Counted from the first letter of the stretch, positions 51,227-61,593 are shown. The stretch: 64,000 nucleotides of DNA from Nitrospirota bacterium (GCA_963710375.1 CAVPZX010000005.1:96001-160000), one strand, 5' to 3'. The notes: generated from the sequence alone by a model not told the origin. Program-made: numbers and translations.

Positions 51227-53920
51227 ATGAACGATACGGAAAATACGAGCGGGCCATCACTGCTGAACGACTGCGGGGCAATGGTGCTCCAAGCCACAAA
51301 AGACCAGCTTCACAGGCTCTCGGTCATATTTGAACTTACTAAAGCAATCATATCAGCTCATGATTTCGCTGAGTTATTGGAAAAGATTTCGGAGGAGGCG
51401 GCAAAAATCTTCAATGCAAACGGATGCATGATACGTCTTATAGAAGACGGCATGCTGAAGATCAAGGCCCATTATGGCTTCCCGCCGGAAATGAGGGAGG
51501 CATTAACAGTTAGCCTGGGAGAAAGTTTTGTCGGCAAAGTGGCAGAAGAGGGGAAAACGATATTCGCGCAGAGCCCTGAAGATTTCGGCCATCTTGCACA
51601 ACTCATAAATATGCAAACAGCTTTGTGCACTCCATTAAGAATCGGCGATCAAATAATAGGGACTTTTGGACTGTATAACAAAAAAAATGTAGATAAGGAT
51701 GGAAACGAGACCATAGTACCGTTTACGACAGACGACCAGATAACGCTTGAAGGCTTTGCTTCAATTGCCGCTATTGTTATAGACAAATCCATTTTACACG
51801 AAAATACCCTCAGGAAAGAGAAAGAGGCATTAGAAGCCAAACAGAAGTTTGAGGACCTGTGGGACCATCTGCAGGGTTTTATAGAGAATTCCGCTGATGC
51901 GATTGTTACTACCGACGTGGAAGGGATTGTCACCTCTTGGAACATCGGCGCAGAGAAGATCTACGGCTATACACGCCACGAAGTCATCGGGAAGTTCATG
52001 CCTTTTGTCCCTGATTTTCTCAGAGAAGTCGAAAAGGGCTTCACCGAACGTGTCAAAAATGGAGAAACCATCAAAGATATCGAAACGGTCAGGAGGACCA
52101 AGGGTGGGACAATTCTGGACGTTAATCTCACCCTTTCGCCCATTAAGGACCGTTCCGGCGCTGTTATAGGCATCAGCGGCATCGCCCGCGACATAACAGA
52201 AAAAAAACGCATTGAAAAAGATCTGGTAAGCAAAAATGCGGTGTTATCAAAGCTGATGATGATAAGCTCTGCAATGAGGGGCACACTTGAACTGAACAAG
52301 CTCTTAAGGATGGTACTGACTGCCGTCACCATGGGAGACGGACTTGGGTTTAACCGTGCGATGCTCTTTCTGGTTGACGAGGAGAAAAACACTTTAAGAG
52401 GGGCAGTCGGCGTCGGGCCTTCCAGCCATGAGGAGGCATGGGAGATATGGTCGCGGCTGACCACTGAACAAAAGAGTCTTGCTTCCATTATAGAAGGTAT
52501 TGAGAAAGGCCCTCTGAGAAAAGATTCCTTTATGGACAGGCTCTGCTGCGGTGTCGAGGTCTCCCTGGACAACGAAACAGTCCTCACAAAGGCAATAAAG
52601 GAAAAGATGGCCTTTAATGTGACTGATGTCCATGCCGAACCACTTTCCGATCCCATTCTCACACAGCAGCTTGGCACTCTTGCCTACGCCGTACTCCCGC
52701 TCATATCACGGAACAAAGTAATAGGGGTTTTGTGGGTCGATAACATCTACACCAGCAGGCCTATTAACGATCTGGACATGGAATTTCTTAAAGGGTTTTC
52801 CGACCAGATGGCTTCAGCCATAGAGAACGCGCGCCTTTTCGAACATGTGGCACAGGCAGAACAGGAGCTGGAAAACATCTTTGAATCGATATCCGACCTT
52901 GTGTATTTCACCAGCAGTGATTACACCATCAGAAATGCGAATAAGGCGGTGCTGTCCAGGCTCTGCAAACCACTTGGGTCGATAATAGGCAAAAAATGCT
53001 ATGAAGTATTCCACGGTACCAGCGAACCGTGGAGAAAATGCCCGCATCATAAAACCATGCTCACTAACAAACCGTTTATAGAGGAGCTTGAAGACCCGCA
53101 ATTGGGCGGCACGTTCCTGGTCTCTACCTCCCCGATCTTCGACAAGACAGGAGAGCTGATGGGCACAGTCCACATAGTCAGGGACATAAGCGAGCTAAAG
53201 AAGCTCCGTGAAAAGGTCGCCACGACCGATAGGATGGCAGCCCTTGGTGAATTGGCCGCTAAAGTCGCCCATGAGATAAGAAACCCTCTGCTGTCTATAG
53301 GAGGTTTTGCCCGAAGGCTTGAAAAACGGCTGGACGGGGATCTGAGAGAATATTCGAAAATCATGGTCGATGAGGTGGGCCGTCTCGAAGGGATACTCAA
53401 CGACGCGCTCAGCTTCGTTAAGAGCGCCCCTGCCAATAAGACGGATTTTGACCTCGGCGAAATCGTTGACAGCGTTATCGCCCTCCTCGAACCGGCAGTT
53501 CTCGAAAGAGGAAATAGCCTGACCAGGGAGGTGGCGCCGCCGTTTAAGATACACGCCGATTATGACCGGATAAAGGAAGTCCTGATTAATCTTGTCACCA
53601 ACGCCAACGAGGCAACGGACCACGGAAATATCATTATCAGGTCATACCGGCAGGTGATGCTGTCCGATCCTGACTTGCTGGGGCACCAGGCCCAAAGCTT
53701 CAATACTATTATTGAAATCGAAGACAGTGGATGCGGAATAAAAGAGGAGAATATAAATCGTGTTTTTGACCCATTCTTTACAACACGTCCGACCGGAACC
53801 GGCCTCGGCCTTTCTATAACCAAAAAGATCGTTGAAGAGCATGGCGGGAGAATTGAAGCGGAAAGCAACCGGGGATTGGGTGCAAAGTTCAAAATTTACA
53901 TGCCGTTAGAGGAGGGATGA
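51227..53920 (+). CDS. Cytoplasmic GAF-PAS-GAF-PAS histidine kinase
   Basis: Two GAF and two PAS segments; AHEIRNPL, FDPFFTT, GTGLGL; start uncertain (51227 or 51281). Confidence 0.93.
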   Translation: MNDTENTSGPSLLNDCGAMVLQATKDQLHRLSVIFELTKAIISAHDFAELLEKISEEAAKIFNANGCMIRLIEDGMLKIKAHYGFPPEMREALTVSLGESFVGKVAEEGKTIFAQSPEDFGHLAQLINMQTALCTPLRIGDQIIGTFGLYNKKNVDKDGNETIVPFTTDDQITLEGFASIAAIVIDKSILHENTLRKEKEALEAKQKFEDLWDHLQGFIENSADAIVTTDVEGIVTSWNIGAEKIYGYTRHEVIGKFMPFVPDFLREVEKGFTERVKNGETIKDIETVRRTKGGTILDVNLTLSPIKDRSGAVIGISGIARDITEKKRIEKDLVSKNAVLSKLMMISSAMRGTLELNKLLRMVLTAVTMGDGLGFNRAMLFLVDEEKNTLRGAVGVGPSSHEEAWEIWSRLTTEQKSLASIIEGIEKGPLRKDSFMDRLCCGVEVSLDNETVLTKAIKEKMAFNVTDVHAEPLSDPILTQQLGTLAYAVLPLISRNKVIGVLWVDNIYTSRPINDLDMEFLKGFSDQMASAIENARLFEHVAQAEQELENIFESISDLVYFTSSDYTIRNANKAVLSRLCKPLGSIIGKKCYEVFHGTSEPWRKCPHHKTMLTNKPFIEELEDPQLGGTFLVSTSPIFDKTGELMGTVHIVRDISELKKLREKVATTDRMAALGELAAKVAHEIRNPLLSIGGFARRLEKRLDGDLREYSKIMVDEVGRLEGILNDALSFVKSAPANKTDFDLGEIVDSVIALLEPAVLERGNSLTREVAPPFKIHADYDRIKEVLINLVTNANEATDHGNIIIRSYRQVMLSDPDLLGHQAQSFNTIIEIEDSGCGIKEENINRVFDPFFTTRPTGTGLGLSITKKIVEEHGGRIEAESNRGLGAKFKIYMPLEEG

Positions 53921-53921
53921 T

Positions 53922-54278
53922 ATGAAAATACTCGTTGTAGATGATGAAAAAAACATTCTTAAACTTTACCAGGTTGAGCTTGAGGACGAGGGATACACTG
54001 TAGTCACGGCCAATTCCGGCAAAGAGGGACTGGAGGTGTTTGAAAGGGAAAACCCCGATATCGTCACTCTGGATATACTTATGCCCGACCTGGACGGGAT
54101 TCAGGTATTGAGGCTGATGAAGGAGAAAAGGCCAAATGTGCCGATCATAATGCTGACCGCTTATGACTACAGGGACGACTTTTCGGTGTGGGTATCCGAT
54201 GCTTACGTGGTAAAATCATCTGATTTAACCAATCTGAAGGCCACAATAAAGCAGTTGATTAAAAAAATAACCACATAG
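53922..54278 (+). CDS. Single-domain response regulator
   Basis: ILVVDDE, LDILMP, MLTA, YVVKS. Confidence 0.95.
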   Translation: MKILVVDDEKNILKLYQVELEDEGYTVVTANSGKEGLEVFERENPDIVTLDILMPDLDGIQVLRLMKEKRPNVPIIMLTAYDYRDDFSVWVSDAYVVKSSDLTNLKATIKQLIKKITT

Positions 54279-54294
54279 CAAAAAGGCTAAAGAG

Positions 54295-54391
54295 GCCGTG
54301 AAAAGTGAATCGTGAACCGTAAAAACAGGAAAGAACTTTCTTAAAAGGCTTTTTCTTTTCGATTCACTTTTCACTATTCACTTTTCACGGC
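54295..54391. repeat. Fold-back element of GTGAANN heptamers
   Basis: gccgtgaaaagtgaatcgtgaaccgt ... gattcacttttcactattcacttttcacggc. Confidence 0.8.
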
Positions 54392-54549
54392 TTTTTTAAC
54401 CTGTTTACTATGTGGGTTTGTGCTACAATTATGCAGCTTAGTGCTTCAAAGGTACAATAATTTTCTTGCAGAAAGGGGGGTGATAAGCCACGTAGAGTCT
54501 GGTATCTATACTGGTATTTCTGTACTAACACAAAACAGGAGGTTACCGT

Positions 54550-56193
54550 ATGGAAGAAAAAAGAATGGATGAGGACAAATTAGCTGAAGGGCAGTGCTCC
54601 ACCCCGAAAACATGCGCGGTGGAGAAAAAAGGGGTTAGCGAAGACTGGATGTCATTGTGGATCGGGCTTTTCCTTTTCATTCTTTCCCTGGGTGTTTTTA
54701 TTGGAGCAGACCTTATGGGTTGGGGAGTGACTACCGCCGTTTGGACCGATTCATCAAAAGCACTTTCTCCTATATCGAAAAGTTTTCAGGGCATAAAGGG
54801 AGAGATTACAAAAATAGAAGGCCAAAAGCTCACCCTGAAAAAGGCAGACGGTAAAGAAGAGACGATCACAGTAAAAGAAGATATAACTCAGCTGAAAGTC
54901 GGCGGCACATACGAAAAGAAGGGCCTAGCAGGTTTTATCTCCCTTTTGCTGACCTATCTGTTCCTGCTGGTCGTCATGTCGATCGGCGCTGCAGCACTAA
55001 AGGCCGATATCGGAAGGTTTGTCATCGGTTTCACAATCGTGTTCTGGATAAGCTACATATGCTGGATTGTCGGCAGTTGGGCGCATATAGCCGTAACAAC
55101 CCCTTCCGACATGAAAAAATTCGGTATCGAATGGTCCCTGAAATTAACTCCTGAAGCCGGATTCATAGTTGCCCTGGTCGCCGGCCTTATAGTGGGCAAT
55201 TTCTTCCCTGGCATTGCCGGAGCCATGAAAGAGGCGGTAAGACCTGAATTGTATATCAAGACCGCCATTGTCATTCTCGGAGGATTTCTCGGCGTTGTTG
55301 CTGCAGAGAAACTTGGGCTGGCAACCGCGGTAATGTTCAGGGGACTCTGCGCTATTGTCGAGGCATATCTGATTTACTGGGCCCTTGTGTATTTTGTCGC
55401 ACGGAAATATTTCAAATTCAGCAAGGAGTGGGCCGCTCCACTTGCATCAGGCATATCCATTTGCGGCGTCTCGGCGGCCATCGCCACAGGCGGCGCCATA
55501 AGGGCAAGGCCTATGATCCCAATCATGGTCTCATCTCTTGTTGTCATATTTGCCGTCGTCGAACTCCTTGTCCTTCCGTTTCTTGCTGAGAATTTCCTCT
55601 GGAAAGAACCCATGGTTGCAGGGGCCTGGATGGGACTTGCAGTAAAAACGGATGGGGCTGCAGTAGCGAGCGGCGCCGTCACCGAGTCGCTTATAAGAGC
55701 AAAGGCGTTGGCAATGGAAGGCGTTAATTACAAGGAAGGCTGGATATTAGGAGCTGCTGCAACGGTAAAAGTGTTTATCGATATTTTTATCGGTGTATGG
55801 GCGTTTGTACTGGCTATAATATGGTGTACGGTTATTGAATGCAAACCTGGCGAAAAGGTCCGTGTCGGTGAAATATGGGACAGATTTCCCAAATTTGTCA
55901 TCGGCTATGTAATTACATTCGCGGTGATATTATATATGGGCCTTACCTTTCCCGGCCTTATGGGCAAGACAAAAGCAGCAATGGGCGAAGGGAATGTCTT
56001 CAGGGGGATATTCTTTACCATGACCTTTTTCTCCATTGGCGTTGTCTCCAACTTCAAAAAACTGTGGGAAGAAGGGATAGGCAAATTAGCGGCAGTCTAT
56101 CTCTTATGCCTATTCGGCTTTATTATCTGGATAGGACTTTTCATTTCATGGCTATTCTTCCATGGAGTGAAACCGCCGGTGATAACAGGGTAA
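54550..56193 (+). CDS. Putative sulfate exporter (YeiH/PSE) family transporter
   Basis: SEDWMSLW, IKTAIVILG, SICGVSAAIA, WDRFPKFV. Confidence 0.88.
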   Translation: MEEKRMDEDKLAEGQCSTPKTCAVEKKGVSEDWMSLWIGLFLFILSLGVFIGADLMGWGVTTAVWTDSSKALSPISKSFQGIKGEITKIEGQKLTLKKADGKEETITVKEDITQLKVGGTYEKKGLAGFISLLLTYLFLLVVMSIGAAALKADIGRFVIGFTIVFWISYICWIVGSWAHIAVTTPSDMKKFGIEWSLKLTPEAGFIVALVAGLIVGNFFPGIAGAMKEAVRPELYIKTAIVILGGFLGVVAAEKLGLATAVMFRGLCAIVEAYLIYWALVYFVARKYFKFSKEWAAPLASGISICGVSAAIATGGAIRARPMIPIMVSSLVVIFAVVELLVLPFLAENFLWKEPMVAGAWMGLAVKTDGAAVASGAVTESLIRAKALAMEGVNYKEGWILGAAATVKVFIDIFIGVWAFVLAIIWCTVIECKPGEKVRVGEIWDRFPKFVIGYVITFAVILYMGLTFPGLMGKTKAAMGEGNVFRGIFFTMTFFSIGVVSNFKKLWEEGIGKLAAVYLLCLFGFIIWIGLFISWLFFHGVKPPVITG

Positions 56194-56273
56194 GCAAGGC
56201 AATTAATAAAGCAATTGGTCATAGGTGACGGGAAAAACCTATAACCCATAACCTGTATTATTTAGGAGGTATT

Positions 56274-56435
56274 ATGGCTGAAACACCAAAGATAGCAGAA
56301 GAGATAAAAAAAATGGAATACGAACCCCTCTTGCCCGTGGAGAAAAAACTGATAGTCTGGAGTCTGGCCCTGGGGACCGGCCTGATTTTTATTCTATACT
56401 GGATTAGCGCAACATTCTTCCCGGGCGGACACTAA
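56274..56435 (+). CDS. 53-aa single-TM protein downstream of the transporter (below ORF-track cutoff)
   Basis: AGGAGGT RBS; MAETPKIAEEIKKMEYEPLLPVEKKLIVWSLALGTGLIFILYWISATFFPGGH. Confidence 0.85.
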   Translation: MAETPKIAEEIKKMEYEPLLPVEKKLIVWSLALGTGLIFILYWISATFFPGGH

Positions 56436-56444
56436 AAACCCGGC

Positions 56445-56513
56445 AGAGGTATAGGAAAAGGTAGTGACGAATTATACTGTTTATTAGCCGTCACTTTACC
56501 TCTACCTCTACCT
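56445..56513. repeat. Fold-back element of AGGTA(G/T)-type hexamers between convergent genes
   Basis: aggtataggaaaaggtagtgacg ... cgtcactttacctctacctctacct; includes response-regulator stop. Confidence 0.65.
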
Positions 56514-56906
56514 TTGCCTTTCTTTTCTGTGCGAGATAGCTTTATCAATAACTTCCACTATGGCACTTGGAGTAAAGGGCTTCTCGATATAATCGAAAGC
56601 CCCCAGTTTTCTGATAGCCTGCGCCGCAGTGGTTATCGCAGTGGTTATCGTATGGTAGCCGGTAATCATTATTACCTCGATATCCGGCCACTGTTCTTTT
56701 ATCTTTCTTAGCACCTCGATTCCATCGATATCGGGCATTTTAAGATCAGTAAGCACGATATCAATAGGCTCTTTTGCAAGGATGCTGAGCCCTTCTGCCG
56801 CACTTCCGGTGCTCTTGACCTCGTATCCCTCGGGAGAGAGGATACGCCGGCAACTTACACAAATAATCTCTTCATCATCTATAATAAGCACCCTGCCTTT
56901 GCTCAT
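56508..56906 (-). CDS. Single-domain response regulator
   Basis: LIIDDE, TDLKMP, MITG, YIEKPF. Confidence 0.93.
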   Translation of the reverse strand: MSKGRVLIIDDEEIICVSCRRILSPEGYEVKSTGSAAEGLSILAKEPIDIVLTDLKMPDIDGIEVLRKIKEQWPDIEVIMITGYHTITTAITTAAQAIRKLGAFDYIEKPFTPSAIVEVIDKAISHRKERQR

Positions 56907-57013
56907 TTCAGCAATTTTCCCCTTTCCCGCCTCGCGGTTGACCCTGATAGTTCCGGAATGTCTTGCTATTATACCATGACTTACGGCGAGACCTCACCAA
57001 TAACCGCAGATCC

Positions 57014-57183
57014 GGTAGTGGGCCGGTTTGTTTTTGCTCTGTATCACCTGGGTTATCAGTAGTGGGCGAGTAACGCCGAGCCCACATGTATATAAGTAGC
57101 GACCACAGATAATGCTCAATATAGGCCAGTGCTTGAATTTAACGGCTAATTGATACAGAGCAAAAACAAACCGGCCCACTACC
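57014..57183. mobile_element. 170-bp MITE-like element, copy 2 (inverted relative to copy 1)
   Basis: Perfect 33-bp TIRs; 8 substitutions versus 33850-34019 by manual alignment. Confidence 0.85.
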
Positions 57184-57234
57184 GGATCTCCTCCTAAGTT
57201 GACTGCATAAGGGTGATAAGAGTTATTATTATCA

Positions 57235-58371
57235 ATGTTTACCTTGCTGAGTAAAAAAGTAAATTCCCTTGCCTGGAAACTTATATTCGGCATTGGCGGC
57301 CTCATGGTGCTTGTGGGGTTCCTGTTTGCCATAACTTTCAATAAACAGTTCCCTGATGTGCCGCTCGAAAAGACCTTTTATTACGGCGGTCCTTTCGTGA
57401 TCATCATAACGGTTATATTGTTCCTGATACTTTACAACTTCGTTATGAAGCCTCTTTCGTACCTGGTTGAAGGGATGAAACGCCTCTCAGCAGGCGACAT
57501 GGACTATAGAATCAACATTGACAGTCATGATGAGATCGGGCACCTGGCTCGTTCCTTTAACGCCATGTCGGACGAGCTGAAAGAGTACAAGGAAAAGATG
57601 GAAAACTGGACCAAAAGCCTCGAAGAGGAAGTGGAGAAAAAGACTGCTGAAATATATAAAGCCCAGGAACACTTGATCAATACTGAGAAGCTTGCCTCAC
57701 TGGGACGCATGGCTGCCGGTGTCGCCCATGAAATAAACAGTCCCCTCACCGGCATCGTAACCTTTGCACATCTGATGATTAAGCGCACCCCTGCTGAAAA
57801 CAAGCAGGACATTGAAGACCTTAAAACTATTATTGACCAGGCGGAGCGGTGCTCGAAGATCATAAGTGGTCTCCTCGGATTCTCCAGAAAGAGCGCTTCA
57901 GAGAAAAGCATGGTTGATCTCAATACATTGATTTCAAACACGCTGGCAATGGTCAGGCATCAGTCGAGGTTCCTGAATATTCTTTTTGATCTGCAGCTTG
58001 ACACCACAATTCCCAAAGTGAACGTTGATCCGAACCAGATCCAGCAGGTCTTCTTAAACTTGCTGATCAATGCAGCCGATGCGATGGAAAAAAAGGGAAA
58101 GGTAACCCTGGCTACCAGGCTGGTCGAAAATAACGCCGCCAAATTCGTAGAGTTCGAAATTGCCGACACGGGCTCGGGGATTCCCGAAGATATCCTCGGC
58201 AAGATATTCGAGCCGTTCTTTACCACTAAACCCGCAGGCAAGGGGACAGGTCTGGGGCTTGCTGTAAGTTACGGAATCATTAAAAAACACGAAGGCACTA
58301 TATTTGCCAAAAGCACGCCGGGTAGTGGAGCGAGCTTTTACATTCATCTGCCTGTGCCGCGGGCGGCCTAA
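57235..58371 (+). CDS. HAMP histidine kinase (NtrB-like)
   Basis: Two TMs, [29 protein letters not shown]. Confidence 0.93.
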   Translation: MFTLLSKKVNSLAWKLIFGIGGLMVLVGFLFAITFNKQFPDVPLEKTFYYGGPFVIIITVILFLILYNFVMKPLSYLVEGMKRLSAGDMDYRINIDSHDEIGHLARSFNAMSDELKEYKEKMENWTKSLEEEVEKKTAEIYKAQEHLINTEKLASLGRMAAGVAHEINSPLTGIVTFAHLMIKRTPAENKQDIEDLKTIIDQAERCSKIISGLLGFSRKSASEKSMVDLNTLISNTLAMVRHQSRFLNILFDLQLDTTIPKVNVDPNQIQQVFLNLLINAADAMEKKGKVTLATRLVENNAAKFVEFEIADTGSGIPEDILGKIFEPFFTTKPAGKGTGLGLAVSYGIIKKHEGTIFAKSTPGSGASFYIHLPVPRAA

Positions 58372-58379
58372 GAGGTACA

Positions 58380-58733
58380 ATGCAACTGACGAAAATAATA
58401 GAAATGGTAAACGGCACCGTCGTTATCAACGGCGGCGTAGAAACGATGGACATTACCTCTGTCTGCAGCGCCGACCTTTTAAGCAATGTATTACGTTACG
58501 GCAAAAAAGGAGCTTTACTGGTCACTACCCTGAACCAGCCCCAGGTAATCAGAAGCGCAGAAATCTCGGATATTCCGGCGGTTCTGCTGGCTTTAGGAGG
58601 AATACCGGAAGAAGGGATGATCGCGCTTGCCAGAGAGAAAAACATTGTTCTCATAACAACACTCATGCCTATGTACACAACTTGCGGGATACTCTATACC
58701 TCCGGGCTGAGAAGCTGTGTCGATGATGCCTGA
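58380..58733 (+). CDS. DRTGG-domain protein
   Basis: SADLLSNVL, LLVT, QVIRSAE, MYTTCGILY. Confidence 0.82.
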   Translation: MQLTKIIEMVNGTVVINGGVETMDITSVCSADLLSNVLRYGKKGALLVTTLNQPQVIRSAEISDIPAVLLALGGIPEEGMIALAREKNIVLITTLMPMYTTCGILYTSGLRSCVDDA

Positions 58734-59184
58734 GTCCTGTTCACTCGAAGGAAGTTTCCATCTCATGGGCGGGGATTTCACTAATGCCGGTTCTGCTTCG
58801 AGCGAATTAAAGGCAATACTCGTCAAGTTCGGGGTGGCGCAGAATATAGTGAGAAGGGCTGCCATTGCGGCCTTTGAGGCCGAAATGAATGTTATTATAC
58901 ATGCGGTGGCCGGGACCCTGCACTATATGATCACTGCTGAAGTCCTGACGATTACAGTCACAGATATGGGGCCCGGCATAGAAGATGTCAATCTTGCCAT
59001 GCAGAAGGGGTATTCCACTGCCCCTGACTGGGTCCGGGAGATGGGCTGGGGGGCCGGTATGGGCCTGCCCAATATCAGCAAACACTCCGACTCCTTTAAG
59101 CTTGATACTGTTGTAGGAGAAGGAACAACCCTCGAGATTTTTTTTAACTTAAGGCTCACGAATGCACAAGTTATTCATTCGTGA
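58723..59184 (+). CDS. Anti-sigma factor/Ser kinase (RsbT-like)
   Basis: EAEMNVIIHA, DMGPGI, GYSTA, GAGMGLPN. Confidence 0.88.
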   Translation: MMPESCSLEGSFHLMGGDFTNAGSASSELKAILVKFGVAQNIVRRAAIAAFEAEMNVIIHAVAGTLHYMITAEVLTITVTDMGPGIEDVNLAMQKGYSTAPDWVREMGWGAGMGLPNISKHSDSFKLDTVVGEGTTLEIFFNLRLTNAQVIHS

Positions 59185-59202
59185 GCCCTTATAAGGAGAG
59201 AA

Positions 59203-59565
59203 ATGCTGACAGTTAACAGTGTTGCCGAAAAACTTGGATTGAAAGTAGTGGTTCAGGGAGATTTATCCGAAATAGTTAGCGGTTGTTACATCAGCGATCT
59301 CCTTTCCGATGTGATGGCGCACAGTAATGACCATGAACTATGGATAACGCTGCAGACACACCCGAACATTGTGGCAGTTGCGGTCATCAAAGGGCTATCC
59401 GCCATTATTTTAACAAACGATAGAAATCCTGAACCTGCCACAATAAAAAAAGCCGAGGCTGAAAAAGTGACGATCATGATAAGCCCCCATACCACATTTG
59501 AGCTTTCGGGCCTCCTATATTCTATGATAAAAGACAGCCGGCCTCCTCAGGCAGGTACGTCCTAA
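59203..59565 (+). CDS. DRTGG/HPr-kinase-N-like protein
   Basis: YISDLLSDVM, WITLQTHPNIVAVA. Confidence 0.82.
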   Translation: MLTVNSVAEKLGLKVVVQGDLSEIVSGCYISDLLSDVMAHSNDHELWITLQTHPNIVAVAVIKGLSAIILTNDRNPEPATIKKAEAEKVTIMISPHTTFELSGLLYSMIKDSRPPQAGTS

Positions 59566-59579
59566 TCTGTTCGCCTAAA

Positions 59580-60320
59580 GTGAGATACTACAAAGCGGAT
59601 CTTCATATCCATTCTTGCCTTTCACCATGCGCAGAAATCGACATGACCCCCCGGAGGATCATTAATTCGGCACTCGACAAAGGGCTGCATATAATTGCGG
59701 TATCGGACCATAATTCTGCCGAAAATACCGGGGTTGCAGTCAGGACAGGCCTGGATGAAGGGATTACTGTTCTGCCCGCTATGGAATTGACCTCCCAGGA
59801 GGAGGTACATGTGCTGGCTATTTTTAATTCAGAGGAGAACGTTGCCGCAATGCAGGGGATCGTCTATGATACACTGCAGAGCGGTGTCAATGACGAATTG
59901 GGCATAGGTTATCAACTGGTCGTAAACGAACTCGATGAAATCCTCGACTATAACAAGAGGCTCCTTATAGGGGCAACCAGCCTTTCTCTCAGCGAACTGG
60001 TAACAAATATTCATGCCTTTGGCGGGATAGCAGTTGCCAGCCATATTGACAGGCAGAGTTTCAGTGTCATGTCCCAGCTCGGATTTATTCCGGACGATGT
60101 AGCATTCGATGCCCTGGAAATTTCGTATGCCATGGATTTGCCGGATGCGATAGTACAATTCGGCAGCTATACCGGGATACCATGGGTTACCTCATCAGAT
60201 GCCCACAATCTGGGTGATATAGGCAGGCGATTCACTACTTTTCTCCTGAAAGAACCTACATTTGATGAGATCGCACTTGCATTGAAAGGCGAGAGAACAA
60301 TTGAATGGGGGAAAGAATAA
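59580..60320 (+). CDS. PHP-domain phosphoesterase
   Basis: DLHIHSCLSPC, SDHN, EEVH, SHIDR, SSDAH. Confidence 0.9.
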   Translation: MRYYKADLHIHSCLSPCAEIDMTPRRIINSALDKGLHIIAVSDHNSAENTGVAVRTGLDEGITVLPAMELTSQEEVHVLAIFNSEENVAAMQGIVYDTLQSGVNDELGIGYQLVVNELDEILDYNKRLLIGATSLSLSELVTNIHAFGGIAVASHIDRQSFSVMSQLGFIPDDVAFDALEISYAMDLPDAIVQFGSYTGIPWVTSSDAHNLGDIGRRFTTFLLKEPTFDEIALALKGERTIEWGKE

Positions 60321-60412
60321 TTACGAATTAAGAATTAGGAATTAGGAATTAAAAAAAATGAACATAATATTTTTTCCACAATTCGTAATTCCTAATTCCT
60401 AATTCGTAATTA
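60318..60412. repeat. Fold-back element of AATTA(C/G/A)G heptamers
   Basis: taattacgaattaagaattaggaattaggaatt ... aattcgtaattcctaattcctaattcgtaatta; begins at PHP stop. Confidence 0.85.
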
Positions 60413-60420
60413 ATAGAAAT

Positions 60421-60972
60421 ATGGAAGACTTATCGCTGCACATGCTTGATATAGCAGAAAACTCCATCGATGCCGGCGCGACTAATATCGATATAATCAT
60501 AAAAGAGAGTTCTGCCGAAGACCTCCTTACTTTCAGCATCCGCGATAACGGCAGGGGGATGGATGCCGAAACTCTTGAGAAGGTCACCGACCCTTTCTTT
60601 ACGACAAAAAAGGTAAGGAGATTCGGCCTTGGCATTCCCCTGCTCAAGCAGGCGGCTGAAGAATGCAACGGCGCGTTTGCCCTGGAATCCTCACCTGGCG
60701 CAGGAACTCTCATCACAGTTGTATTCCAGCGCAGCCATATCGACAGAAAGCCCATGGGAAATATAGGGTCAACGATGGTCGTCCTTATAAGCGGCCACCC
60801 CGAAATAGATTTTACGCTGACATATGTGCGAGACGATTTTTCCTATCAGTTTGACAGCTCTGCAGTGAAAAAAACGCTCGATGGGGTGCCAATTAATCTG
60901 CCCGATGTTTTAAAATTAATACAGGGCGACATAAACGAAGCAGTACAGGGAGATGAAGCATATGGCACATAA
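60421..60972 (+). CDS. HATPase_c ATP-binding protein
   Basis: LSLHMLDIAENS, DNGRGM, DPFFTT, GLGIPLL, HIDRKPMG. Confidence 0.88.
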   Translation: MEDLSLHMLDIAENSIDAGATNIDIIIKESSAEDLLTFSIRDNGRGMDAETLEKVTDPFFTTKKVRRFGLGIPLLKQAAEECNGAFALESSPGAGTLITVVFQRSHIDRKPMGNIGSTMVVLISGHPEIDFTLTYVRDDFSYQFDSSAVKKTLDGVPINLPDVLKLIQGDINEAVQGDEAYGT

Positions 60973-61013
60973 AGGGGCGTATAAGCATATTTATGCACTC
61001 ATTGTCGTGAAAG

Positions 61014-61205
61014 ATGGACAACATTGATTGTTTTTTGTGCAGGCATTTTTATATCACCTGGGACAGGCACTTCCCTTATGGATGCAAGGCCTTAGGTTTT
61101 AAAAGCAAAAGCATGCCTTCCGAGGAGGTGTTCAATGCCTCTGCTCAGGAATGCCTGAGATATGAGAAAAAGCTTAATCTCCCGAAGCAATTAAAAAAAA
61201 CTTGA
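61014..61205 (+). CDS. Small Cys-rich conserved hypothetical protein
   Basis: CxxC-x-HFYITWD..PYGC..GFKS..P..C pattern. Confidence 0.7.
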   Translation: MDNIDCFLCRHFYITWDRHFPYGCKALGFKSKSMPSEEVFNASAQECLRYEKKLNLPKQLKKT

Positions 61206-61296
61206 ATGGTGAATGGGTGAATAGTGCCCGTGTTGACTTTACCCTGCTGGGAAATTTATAATTTGTGTTCAATATTTTGAGCGGAGGGTATTTATA

Positions 61297-61437
61297 ATGG
61301 GAACATATACGACATTTCACCCGCATAACAGCAGAAGGAAAAAGACCCACGGCTTTCTTACCCGGATGAGCACCAGCGGGGGCAGAAAGGTGCTGAAGAA
61401 CAGAAGGGCAAAGGGCAGGAAACGTTTGGCAGGCTGA
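61297..61437 (+). CDS. rpmH: 50S ribosomal protein L34 (below ORF-track cutoff)
   Basis: [54 protein letters not shown]. Confidence 0.95.
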   Translation: MGTYTTFHPHNSRRKKTHGFLTRMSTSGGRKVLKNRRAKGRKRLAG

Positions 61438-61561
61438 CGGGTTCGTAAAAAAACTCATATGCTGCGTTACGCTTCATGCCTCCTCACTGCGACGTACAAA
61501 AGGTACGTCTCATTCGTCGGCATTCGCGTGCCTTGCCTATGAGCTTTTTACGAACCCGTCA
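61435..61561. mobile_element. 127-bp MITE-like element
   Basis: 17-bp perfect inverted ends TGACGGGTTCGTAAAAA, extended by ctcata/tatgag; internal gacgtac/gtacgtc hairpin. Confidence 0.8.
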
Positions 61562-61593
61562 ATATTAAACATATGAAGGGGAGGCATTCCTCG

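Noticed and set aside
54470..54490. Strong SD-like GAAAGGGGGTGAT suggesting a leader peptide before the PSE transporter
   Set aside because: No suitably spaced start codon follows, so a peptide cannot be supported.
60975..61296. oriC or dnaA next to rpmH
   Set aside because: No dnaA ORF and no cluster of TTATCCACA boxes was seen upstream of rpmH.
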